Positions 23,873 to 32,000 of a stretch of 32,000 nucleotides of DNA are shown here, in pieces. The stretch lies in assembly GCA_964543385.1 (NCBI GenBank), contig CAZIYE010000001.1, positions 210,001-242,000 on the forward strand, given 5' to 3'. Made by a program: the position numbers and the translations under genes. The notes below the pieces were generated by a model, which was not told the DNA's origin, made no database searches, and saw only the letters and a program-made list of their open reading frames with translations. This DNA is from an uncultured Candidatus Saccharibacteria bacterium (GTDB taxonomy: Bacteria > Patescibacteriota > UBA1384 > XYA2-FULL-43-10 > 1-14-0-10-43-13). Numbering within the stretch: the first letter of the stretch is position 1; each line of letters starts with the position of its first letter.

Positions 23873-23881
23873 CTTGTTGAC

Positions 23882-23955
23882 TGATACTTAATATTATTTC
23901 TAGGCGCTTTCAAAGCTTCATGCGCTTGCAACCGTCGAAATAATATTAAGTATCA
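23882..23955. repeat. 19-bp perfect inverted repeat with a 36-nt GC-rich spacer, between tyrS and argS
   Basis: tgatacttaatattatttc (23882-23900) is the exact reverse complement of gaaataatattaagtatca (23937-23955). The spacer taggcgctttcaaagcttcatgcgcttgcaaccgtc is much more GC-rich than the arms. Confidence 0.85.
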
Positions 23956-23963
23956 TAAATAAC

Positions 23964-25133
23964 CTATTTAATCCTGTAAAACTTTCTTTTTCCAGCTTGG
24001 ATAACCAATCCTTTTCTCACCCCAATGACTGTCTTTGGATCAGTTATTTTTACTTCATCTATCTTGACTCCACCCTGCTCTATCAACCTTCTTGCTTCGC
24101 TACTAGAACCAACAGCGCTAAGATTTATAAGTAAAAGCGGTAATTCGTAATTACCCTCTGTGATTCTGATCTCTGGAATATCTGTTGGTAATTCTTTATT
24201 AGCAAACACATTAATAAATTCCTCTTTTGCCTTCTGAGCCCCACTTTCGGAGTGATACATACTAGTAATTTTACCAGCAAGATCTATCTTTATATCTCTA
24301 GGGTTGCCGCCTGCGGCAAGTTTTTCCTTAATGGCACTGATCTCTTTTTCAGATGAATCGGTCAAGAGTTCATAATATTCTAATATAAGTTCATCAGGAA
24401 TTGACATAACTTTACCGAACATACTATTTGCATCCTCTGTCAAACCAATATAGTTATCAGCCGATTTGCTCATTTTTACCTTGCCATCAAGACCAACAAG
24501 AAGTTTGGTAATAAAAACATCCTGAGGAACTTGGCCCATCTTCTTTTGCAACTCACGCCCAGCCAGCATATTGAATTTCTGATCATTGCCCCCAAATTCA
24601 ACGTCTGCCTTAAGTACAACTGAATCATAAGCCTGCATCAAGGGATATAATAACTCATGCAATCCAATATCATTATGGGCATCTAAACGTTTTACAAAAT
24701 CATCTCTCTCCAATATTTGAGCTACGGTGAATTTTCCAGTTATCTGCAAAATATCATTAAAATTCATTTTTGAAAACCACTCTGAGTTGTATCTAACTTC
24801 AGTTTTTTCAACATCAAGAATCTTTCCGACCTGCTCGAAATAAGACTTTGCATTATTCTTTATCTCAAGGTCAGACAGCACAGGTCTCGTAGCATTTCTA
24901 CCAGAAGGATCACCTATTTTTGTAGTATAATCGCCAATAAGAAAAATTATTGTGTGTCCCTCATCCTGAAGTTTTTTAAGCTTCCGAAGTTGAACTGTAT
25001 GCCCCAAATGAATATCTGGCCTTGTTGGATCGACACCATACTTTATTCTTAGCTTCCTATTTTTCAATTTTTCTCTCAGAGACTTCTCATCAATAATCTC
25101 GGCAATACCTTTTTGAAAAAAATCTTCGGTCAT
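23964..25133 (-). CDS. tyrS: Tyrosine--tRNA ligase
   Basis: 389 aa. It has HIGH (DIHLGH), KMSKS, and a C-terminal S4-like RNA-binding domain (EARRLIEQGGVKIDEVKI). Confidence 0.92.
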   Translation of the reverse strand: MTEDFFQKGIAEIIDEKSLREKLKNRKLRIKYGVDPTRPDIHLGHTVQLRKLKKLQDEGHTIIFLIGDYTTKIGDPSGRNATRPVLSDLEIKNNAKSYFEQVGKILDVEKTEVRYNSEWFSKMNFNDILQITGKFTVAQILERDDFVKRLDAHNDIGLHELLYPLMQAYDSVVLKADVEFGGNDQKFNMLAGRELQKKMGQVPQDVFITKLLVGLDGKVKMSKSADNYIGLTEDANSMFGKVMSIPDELILEYYELLTDSSEKEISAIKEKLAAGGNPRDIKIDLAGKITSMYHSESGAQKAKEEFINVFANKELPTDIPEIRITEGNYELPLLLINLSAVGSSSEARRLIEQGGVKIDEVKITDPKTVIGVRKGLVIQAGKRKFYRIK

Positions 25134-25233
25134 AAAACCTCACTATGTATGTTAAAAAAGACAGTTATTTGATATAATTTTCCTGTTTACATCCTATCAA
25201 TTTGAACATATAATGTAAAGAAAAGGTCCTTCG

Positions 25234-28068
25234 ATGAAATCTCATCACTGGCAAACGATAAAAGATAAAATTTCTTTCGGTCTTAAACACCATAAAAAAA
25301 ATAGAAATATACCGAAAATGATCCTAACAATTTTCGGATATTCTATATTAGCACTCTGTTTTGCATCCGTACTTATGTTTGCGTGGTTTTCTAGAGATCT
25401 GCCTACACCAAGCAAGATTGCTGGACGCAAGCCAACTGTTTCTACAAAGATTTATGATCGCACAGGCCAAACCCTACTATATGAGACTGGCGAACAAAAA
25501 CGAACACTTGTCACAAGTGATCAAATATCTAAATATTTGAAAGATGCAACGGTTGCCACAGAAGATGCAAATTTCTACAAACACAGAGGTGTTGACTTCA
25601 AGGCGATTCTATCTGCGGTAGTAGAAAAAGTAACAGGCAAAAGAAGACTCGCACGCGGCGGATCAACTATTACCCAGCAATATGTAAAAAATGCTCTTTT
25701 GACCTCTGATAGATCGATGGTTCGAAAAATTAAAGAGGCTATTCTTTCCGTTGAGCTTGAATTTATGTTCAAGAAAGATGAAATACTTTCTATGTATCTA
25801 AACGAGATCCCTTATGGCAATGCTACGGCCGGCGCCGAAGCAGCTGCAAGGACATATTTTGGGAAACAGGCTAAGGATTTAACGCTTGCTGAGGCAGCGA
25901 CATTGGCAGCTATACCTAAGGCACCTACCTATTATTCCCCTTATGGTACTCATGTAGACAAACTCATCATCCGCAAAAACTATGTTTTAGATCAAATGGC
26001 AAAGAGCGGTAGGATTACTACCCAAGAAGCAGAGGAAGCCAAGAAACAAGATACTACTACTCTTGGTATTGCTCTTAAACCACGTAGAGATTCCATGTTA
26101 GCGCCACATTTTGCAATGTATGTGATGGAAAAAATCGCTGACGAATTTGGAGAGGAAAAAATACAAAAAGAAGGCCTAAAGATAATTACTACTCTTGATT
26201 ATGACAAGCAAAAAATAGCCGAGCAAGCTATCACTGACGGCGCACCAAAGTTAGCAAAATATGGCGGTACAAATGCTGCACTCGTAGCAATCGATCCGAA
26301 AAACGGTCATATTCTAAGTATGGTTGGCTCAAAAGATTACTTCGATGTTTCTATTGATGGCAATGTAAATGTCGCCGATTCTCTTCGCCAACCAGGTTCG
26401 TCCTTCAAGCCATTTGCCTACGCCACAGCGTTCAAAAACCCCGAGTATTCTCCATCAAAGATAATTTATGATTTTCAAACAGATTTTGGTAAATATATTC
26501 CCCACAACTATAATGGCAAATCCAACGGTCCCGTTACTATGCGTATCGCGCTTTCCAACTCCCTGAATATCCCTGCCGTCAAAGTAATGGCACTAGCAGG
26601 ATTGGACAATGTAATAAAAACTGCTTCCGATATGGGAATTACCACACTAAACCAGCGTGACAGGTATGGACTCTCATTAGTTCTAGGATCAGGAGAAGTC
26701 AAACCGGTAGAAATGGCTGGGGCTTATTCTGTCTTCGCAACAGGGGGAATAAAAAATCCAACTACCCCCATATTGAAAATCACTGATGCAAGTGGTAAAA
26801 CAGTTTACGATTTTGAAAAAAATAAAAAGCCCTCTAAACAAGTCTTGGATCCGCAGGTTGCTTACGAGATCTCCAGTATTCTTTCAGACAATAAATCCAG
26901 AAGTGTAATATTTGGCGCCAACTCACCATTACACTTTCCAGAAAGAGCTGTAGCGGCAAAGACAGGTACTACAAATGATTTTAAAGACGCTTGGGCAGTT
27001 GGATATACTCCTTCTATCGCCGTGGCAGTTTGGACTGGAAATAGTAATGCAGCAAAAATGAAAGTAGGAGCTGACGGCTCAATTATAGCAGCTCCAATCT
27101 TCCACAATTTTATAGATAAGGCCTTGGCCAATGTCCCAAATGAGGAATTTGTACGGCCAAAAGGTATCCAGGAAGTTACAGTGGAAAAATATTCCAATAA
27201 ATTACCAAGTGCCTATTCTCAAGAAACAGTTACTGACATATTTGCTGAATGGCAAGTTCCCAAGGAGCAGGATGACCTTCACAAGATCTACCGTGTTTGC
27301 AAAGGCACAAATAAACTAGCGCCAGAGGGCATGGATCCAACCATGGTTGAAGAAAAAGTTTTGACTGATCTACACTCAGAAATGCCAAGCAACCCAAATT
27401 GGGAAGGACCTGTTCGGGCATGGGCAATGGCAAATGCTTTGACCGCTGATGTCCCAACTGAGACTTGTGACGCCCAAAATTTTGCTCCTACTATTTCCAT
27501 AATTAGCCCATCAAGCGGAGCTACAATATCAGGTGAAGTGAATATATCAGCATCCGCAAATAGTTCATATGGCATTAAAAAAGTAGAATTCTTTCTAGAC
27601 GATGTTTTTATCGGTAGTAGCGCATCTTCCCCTTATACGATTGACTATAATCTTTCAACAGGAAATGTTGCTTCTGGTTCTCATAAAATATCTGCCGTTG
27701 TCACAGATGAACACAATATTACTAGTCGGAATGAAATACCAGTTAATGTTCAAGATTCTAAGCCGATTATTTCAGTGACATCTTTCAAAATAATTACCAA
27801 CCCCATACTCTCGTATGAAATAAGTTGGACAACAGATCGTCCCACTATTTGGGAAGTGGCATATAATTCAAGTGTTGTCCCTGCTCAATATATTTCCTCT
27901 TCCCCAGAAGAGTCGAAGAGCCACAAAGCGCTTATCACCAACCTTCTCCATGGTCTAAAATATAATTTTATCATCCACGCAACAGACACAAACCAAAACA
28001 GCGCTGAATATAAAGGAGACTTTACGACTCCGCTGAGCGCTGAAAATGACGACAAAATAGACCTATAA
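25234..28068 (+). CDS. Class A penicillin-binding protein (PBP1A type: GT51 transglycosylase plus transpeptidase) with C-terminal Ig/FN3-like domains
   Basis: 944 aa with an N-terminal TM anchor. GT51 motifs: EDANFYKHRGVD, GGSTITQQ and RKIKEA. Transpeptidase motifs: SSFKP (SxxK), SNS and KTGTT. The C-terminal ~200 aa looks like beta-sandwich repeats. Confidence 0.92.
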   Translation: MKSHHWQTIKDKISFGLKHHKKNRNIPKMILTIFGYSILALCFASVLMFAWFSRDLPTPSKIAGRKPTVSTKIYDRTGQTLLYETGEQKRTLVTSDQISKYLKDATVATEDANFYKHRGVDFKAILSAVVEKVTGKRRLARGGSTITQQYVKNALLTSDRSMVRKIKEAILSVELEFMFKKDEILSMYLNEIPYGNATAGAEAAARTYFGKQAKDLTLAEAATLAAIPKAPTYYSPYGTHVDKLIIRKNYVLDQMAKSGRITTQEAEEAKKQDTTTLGIALKPRRDSMLAPHFAMYVMEKIADEFGEEKIQKEGLKIITTLDYDKQKIAEQAITDGAPKLAKYGGTNAALVAIDPKNGHILSMVGSKDYFDVSIDGNVNVADSLRQPGSSFKPFAYATAFKNPEYSPSKIIYDFQTDFGKYIPHNYNGKSNGPVTMRIALSNSLNIPAVKVMALAGLDNVIKTASDMGITTLNQRDRYGLSLVLGSGEVKPVEMAGAYSVFATGGIKNPTTPILKITDASGKTVYDFEKNKKPSKQVLDPQVAYEISSILSDNKSRSVIFGANSPLHFPERAVAAKTGTTNDFKDAWAVGYTPSIAVAVWTGNSNAAKMKVGADGSIIAAPIFHNFIDKALANVPNEEFVRPKGIQEVTVEKYSNKLPSAYSQETVTDIFAEWQVPKEQDDLHKIYRVCKGTNKLAPEGMDPTMVEEKVLTDLHSEMPSNPNWEGPVRAWAMANALTADVPTETCDAQNFAPTISIISPSSGATISGEVNISASANSSYGIKKVEFFLDDVFIGSSASSPYTIDYNLSTGNVASGSHKISAVVTDEHNITSRNEIPVNVQDSKPIISVTSFKIITNPILSYEISWTTDRPTIWEVAYNSSVVPAQYISSSPEESKSHKALITNLLHGLKYNFIIHATDTNQNSAEYKGDFTTPLSAENDDKIDL

Positions 28069-28071
28069 CAA

Positions 28072-29367
28072 TTATTTAAACAGACTTATGATCTCTATAA
28101 TATTTTTTGGCTGTGATATAGCCTCATAACCAAGAGCTTTTGCTTCTTTTTCCCGATCTTTTTGCCGAACTACTTTTCGGACTTCTCCAAGAAGTCCAAC
28201 TTCTCCGAACAAAACCAGACTATCGGGCAAAGCTTTATTTAGATATGAAGATATTATTGCTGTACACACTGCCAAGTCAACGGCGGGCTCATTTAACCTT
28301 ACTCCACCTATCACGTTCAGATATACATCAGAGTTGGCGAGATTAATTTTAGTCTTCTTAGATATCACGGCTGCCAACAAATTCAGACGATTTAAATCAA
28401 AGCCAGAACTTGTTCTCTTGGGATAACCGAAATGAGTAGATATCACTAGAGCTTGGATTTCCAACAATATCGGTCTAGTTCCTTCGAGGGCTACAGTCAC
28501 AACGCTCCCTGGACTATTTGTGCGTTCTGATAAAAATAATTCAGATGGATTCTTTACTTCGATCATCCCCTCTTCCTGCATCGAAAAAATTCCAACTTCA
28601 TTAGTGGCCCCAAAACGATTTTTTACTCCACGCAATATCCTTGCATCACCAAACCGCTCTCCCTCTAGATAAAGTACCGTATCGACTAAATGCTCTAAAA
28701 TTCTTGGACCTGCTAGATTTCCCTCTTTTGTTACATGGCCAATAAGAATAACCGGAATGTTATGTTTCTTTGCAAAATTCTGTAAAAATATTCCACATTC
28801 TCTCACCTGGACGATACTTCCAGGAGTTGCGTCATAATATTCTAGGAAAATAGTTTGAATTGAATCAATAATTAAAAGACTAGGATTATTCTTCAAAACA
28901 TCGGCTTCAACTTGTCCAATATTACCCTCGTTGACGAGCATAATGCTTGGGTTCTTAATAGATAGCCTGTCCGCTCTCATTTTAATCTGAGAGACAGATT
29001 CCTCTGCTGATAGATAAAAAACATTGTCCAAATTATTGGCAACTTGCAGAATAAGTGTCGATTTGCCAATTCCCGGTTCACCGCCAAGAAGGATAATTGA
29101 TCCGGGGACTATTCCACCGCCCAGAACTCGATCTAGTTCAGATATACCGGTAGAGATCCTATTTGACTCTGATGTATTTATCTCACCGATCTTCTTAACT
29201 TCGAAATTACTTGATTTTCTATTTTTAGAATTATTCGATCCAGCATTTTTTATTTTCAATTCTTTGAGCGTGTTCCAATCACCACAAGCAGAACATTTAC
29301 CGCTCCATACTGAAAACTCGTTGCCGCAACTTTCACACAGCCAAATTGTAATATCTTTCTTTGCCAT
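28072..29367 (-). CDS. radA: DNA repair protein RadA/Sms
   Basis: 431 aa. It has the N-terminal zinc ribbon CESCGNEFSVWSGKCSACGDWNT, Walker A GGEPGIGKST, the KNRFG motif and a Lon-like C-terminal domain. Confidence 0.92.
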   Translation of the reverse strand: MAKKDITIWLCESCGNEFSVWSGKCSACGDWNTLKELKIKNAGSNNSKNRKSSNFEVKKIGEINTSESNRISTGISELDRVLGGGIVPGSIILLGGEPGIGKSTLILQVANNLDNVFYLSAEESVSQIKMRADRLSIKNPSIMLVNEGNIGQVEADVLKNNPSLLIIDSIQTIFLEYYDATPGSIVQVRECGIFLQNFAKKHNIPVILIGHVTKEGNLAGPRILEHLVDTVLYLEGERFGDARILRGVKNRFGATNEVGIFSMQEEGMIEVKNPSELFLSERTNSPGSVVTVALEGTRPILLEIQALVISTHFGYPKRTSSGFDLNRLNLLAAVISKKTKINLANSDVYLNVIGGVRLNEPAVDLAVCTAIISSYLNKALPDSLVLFGEVGLLGEVRKVVRQKDREKEAKALGYEAISQPKNIIEIISLFK

Positions 29368-29381
29368 ACTATTTTTTTGAT

Positions 29382-30077
29382 CTAATTAAGTGCAGCTAAA
29401 TCTTGATCAGCCTCTTCAAATTGGCTGGCGAGTCTCTTTTGGTAGCTCAGAAATTGCGACTCTTGGAGATTTTGACTCAAGTTCACGAAACCATTTGATG
29501 GCAATTGTTCTGTGTCACTTCTTAGGATATAGACCTTAATTCCCTTTTTTATAAGCATATTTATTTGCTCTCTAACATCCAAGGCGAGATCATTATAATT
29601 TTTTATAAACAATACTTGCTGCAGTTGATGAGGCGTTTCGGCTCTAGAGAATGCTTCTCTAAGTGAATTACTAGCAAAAAAATTATCAGGATCATCGCCC
29701 ACTAATGAATGGTGTATAGTTTTGATCGTTTCTCTAAGTGCCTTAGGATCACCATCCAAAAGATTTAAGGAAAATTGGTTAGATTTAAAAGGCTCAATCC
29801 CCGTACCGACCTCCATCTCCTCATTCTTCGGAATCTTCGACTCAAGGATAGAACGAATAGTCTCAAATTCAACCTTATCTATAAGCACACCCTTATTTGA
29901 TATGGATAGACTATCTAAAATAGAATTAATAATTCTGTCAACGACATCATCATTAGTATTCTTCTGATCTAAAACTTTTAGCAATACCTCCTCTACCTGT
30001 TCTTCGGTGACGGTCATAAGCATATCCTTTAATGACATATGCTCATTTATAGATGTCTCGTAATGCATTTGGTCCAT
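29382..30077 (-). CDS. Hypothetical acidic protein (231 aa)
   Basis: A long ORF packed tightly between the neighbouring genes on the same strand. I recognise no motif. Confidence 0.65.
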   Translation of the reverse strand: MDQMHYETSINEHMSLKDMLMTVTEEQVEEVLLKVLDQKNTNDDVVDRIINSILDSLSISNKGVLIDKVEFETIRSILESKIPKNEEMEVGTGIEPFKSNQFSLNLLDGDPKALRETIKTIHHSLVGDDPDNFFASNSLREAFSRAETPHQLQQVLFIKNYNDLALDVREQINMLIKKGIKVYILRSDTEQLPSNGFVNLSQNLQESQFLSYQKRLASQFEEADQDLAALN

Positions 30078-30087
30078 TCTATAAGTC

Positions 30088-31602
30088 TTATTTTATTATT
30101 TCTTTCAATTCATCCAATTGCTTTTGCACTGCATCAATTTTTGCTTTGATCTCAGCACTCTTATCAACGGTAGCTGCGGGCTCATTAATCTTGATCTCAG
30201 GCACCGCACTGCCTGTCACAACTGCTCCATTTTTAATAAATGTGTCCAGAGATGCTGCATTGTCGAAACCAGCGACCTTATTTGTCTTAGCATCAAATAA
30301 TACCGTCTTCGCAATACCTGCGGCATCATTCGGTATTATCGAGAGCAACCAATAAAGATCTTTGCCAATTTTGAGCGGTCTTGGCTCTGCTAGATTAAAT
30401 GCATCCCAGCTATAAGTTGGAAACTCTCTTTTAATATAATCAGCTGCCGCAACAGGACCCGTTAACTGTGAATTTTGATCATACTCAACAATTTCTCTTT
30501 TGCCCGTCGTTGCATCAAAGATAAAAATCTTATAGACACCGTATGACCTGCCATATGGCTCAGCTACGACTAACTGTTTGAATCCTTCGTTTGTGGACAC
30601 ATGAAATATTTTCTCACTCCCCGGTAAGGCGACTGTCTCTGTTTGATTTTTATGCAAAAACCACTTGTTTAGAAGACCACCTTTGTAAGCATATGAATCA
30701 GTATAATAATTCACCAGCTCTTTTGGATACAACCGATTATTCTTAAGGAAAGAAATGTTTTGTGCTTCTTCTGGTGTGTAATCAGATATATAGCCGCCAG
30801 CATCAACTAGCATCACACCTGCCCAGTAAGGTACTCGAAAAGGAAAACCCTTGTAGCCGATATAAGGCACAGCCGTTAGCCAATTGCCACTATCATCTTT
30901 CAAATACACTGGTTCTGATGAATAATCAACGCCATATTTCTTTAATTTCAGTTGATAATATAAATTATCAAAAATTCCGATCCCCTCTGAGTATTTAAAT
31001 TCCTTGTCCTCAATGGCCACTTTTTTATCGATAGTATCAACTTCAACAGTCACAAAACCATTCAATTTGTTAGTAAAATATAGTATTCCGCCATCTGGCA
31101 ATCTAGGGAAAACTCTCTTTAATTTGCCATCAACCATGACGATTTGCGAATCACCCAACATCTCCTGAGGATTTTGAAAAGTATCAGCAGCATAACGCTT
31201 TGCGACCTGTTTTGGCGTCAGTCTAATTGGTTCGAAATTTGGCAAATCGACTTTTGCCTCATAGGTAACTTGTTTCGCAGTCAAAAGATATCTGATCTCG
31301 CTCTCAAAATTAAGAGCTACAAAAATAAGAATTAAAAAGACTATATAGCCAGAAATAATCAACGGTGAAACTTGATTTGATGCCTTGAATGTATAGTTTT
31401 GCATTCCCGTAGGTACCATAGTAATTTTGCCAAACTTCTTTAAAAGAAGAGCGACGCCGGCGATCAATGCAACGATCAAAATACCTTTGAGAGGGCTAAC
31501 CACAAAAAGCATATAGAAACCGTGAAAAAATGGCCTAAATAGCCAAATAAGTAGGACCAAAATAACAATCCAAATAAGAGAACGAGGATTTATCTTTTTC
31601 AT
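30088..31602 (-). CDS. Hypothetical membrane protein (N-terminal TM helices, large extracytoplasmic domain, C-terminal coiled coil)
   Basis: The track start 31614 is a TTG. ATG 31602 has GGGTGA 4 nt upstream and gives MKKINPRSLIWIVILVLLIW. There are three to four N-terminal hydrophobic helices. The C-terminal end AEIKAKIDAVQKQLDELKEIIK is coiled-coil-like. Confidence 0.75.
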   Translation of the reverse strand: MKKINPRSLIWIVILVLLIWLFRPFFHGFYMLFVVSPLKGILIVALIAGVALLLKKFGKITMVPTGMQNYTFKASNQVSPLIISGYIVFLILIFVALNFESEIRYLLTAKQVTYEAKVDLPNFEPIRLTPKQVAKRYAADTFQNPQEMLGDSQIVMVDGKLKRVFPRLPDGGILYFTNKLNGFVTVEVDTIDKKVAIEDKEFKYSEGIGIFDNLYYQLKLKKYGVDYSSEPVYLKDDSGNWLTAVPYIGYKGFPFRVPYWAGVMLVDAGGYISDYTPEEAQNISFLKNNRLYPKELVNYYTDSYAYKGGLLNKWFLHKNQTETVALPGSEKIFHVSTNEGFKQLVVAEPYGRSYGVYKIFIFDATTGKREIVEYDQNSQLTGPVAAADYIKREFPTYSWDAFNLAEPRPLKIGKDLYWLLSIIPNDAAGIAKTVLFDAKTNKVAGFDNAASLDTFIKNGAVVTGSAVPEIKINEPAATVDKSAEIKAKIDAVQKQLDELKEIIK

Positions 31603-31689
31603 AAAATCACCCAATTAATTATTGTAATTAATTTGATTATACAATGATTAACTAAAGAATCATATCGTCCGCGGATCACCGTATAATCT

Positions 31690-32000
31690 CTACTTCGAAA
31701 TAAAACTAATAGATAGAGAATTAACACAATGACGAATATTCTTAGGTGTCAGATTTTCCCCTTCGAAAATATGGCCTAAATGGGCGCCACAATTAGCACA
31801 AGTTATTTCAGTTCTAACCCCATCAGCATCAGGAATATGCTTTACTGCACCCCGAAATTCATCGTCGAAAGCCGGCCAACCACAGCCGGACTTGAATTTA
31901 GATTCTGAACTATAAAGAGGATTATTACACCTAGCACAAACATAAACACCATCATTGAAAAAATCATTATATTTGCCAGAAAAAGGTGGCTCAGTAGCCT
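31690..32000 (-). CDS. msrB: Peptide-methionine (R)-S-oxide reductase MsrB; the N-terminal end runs off the right edge
   Basis: Absent from the track because it is open at the edge. Hand translation: ..[102 protein letters not shown]. It shows the SelR/MsrB signature (CxxC ... GWPSF-like GWPAF ... CxxC..LGHvF ... RhCvNS). TAG stop at 31690-31692. Confidence 0.9.
   Translation of the reverse strand, partial: ATEPPFSGKYNDFFNDGVYVCARCNNPLYSSESKFKSGCGWPAFDDEFRGAVKHIPDADGVRTEITCANCGAHLGHIFEGENLTPKNIRHCVNSLSISFISK

Noticed and set aside
23873-25233. T-box leaders upstream of tyrS or argS
   Set aside because: The upstream spaces are only about 90-100 nt. I see neither the conserved T-box sequence nor a specifier-loop and terminator arrangement.
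808-30355. Many short track ORFs nested in or antisense to long genes (for example 808-1113, 864-1079, 1203-1433, 3317-3592, 6194-6622, 8721-8984, 22881-23255, 26862-27197, 29024-29380, 30053-30355)
   Set aside because: These are shadow frames of well-supported genes. Their composition is low-complexity or odd, they have no RBS, and they show no independent signal. I saw no evidence for overlapping genes.
1-32000. CRISPR arrays, rRNA genes, transposases or IS elements, prophage genes
   Set aside because: I saw no regularly spaced direct repeats, no rRNA signature sequences and no recognisable transposase, integrase or phage structural ORFs anywhere in the window.

Overview
AT-rich bacterial window with compact, mostly housekeeping gene content. 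The gene set is bacterial: PBP1A, RadA/Sms, holB, PSP1/RicT, L28, L33, ArgRS, TyrRS and MsrB. The many large hypothetical surface or membrane proteins suggest a reduced-genome lineage such as CPR/Patescibacteria, but that is inference only. UGA is used as a stop codon, so the standard code 11 applies. I support about 30 protein genes. Two run off the window edges and three are shorter than the ORF-track cutoff or needed start corrections. I also support 6 canonical tRNAs, several promoters and terminators, and a candidate ~165-nt structured RNA. The most unusual locus is 2610-2936 on the minus strand, first in a tRNA/rpmG operon. It is a second tRNA-Thr-like gene whose cloverleaf segments match the neighbouring tRNA-Thr(GGU) almost base for base. 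It is interrupted by GC-rich hairpin modules in the D stem, anticodon stem and T loop, and its anticodon loop opens into an 18-bp helix that carries the complete tRNA-Thr(GGU) gene. Other points worth a second look: a visibly GC-richer two-gene islet directly after tRNA-Pro(CGG), with twin promoter-leader-terminator units; a 19-bp perfect inverted repeat between tyrS and argS; a 1117-aa repeat-bearing surface protein; a pseudo-PP2C/transmembrane/beta-propeller protein; and an A9 tract that splits a gene from its natural N-terminus. Everything was read by eye, and no database search or folding program was run.
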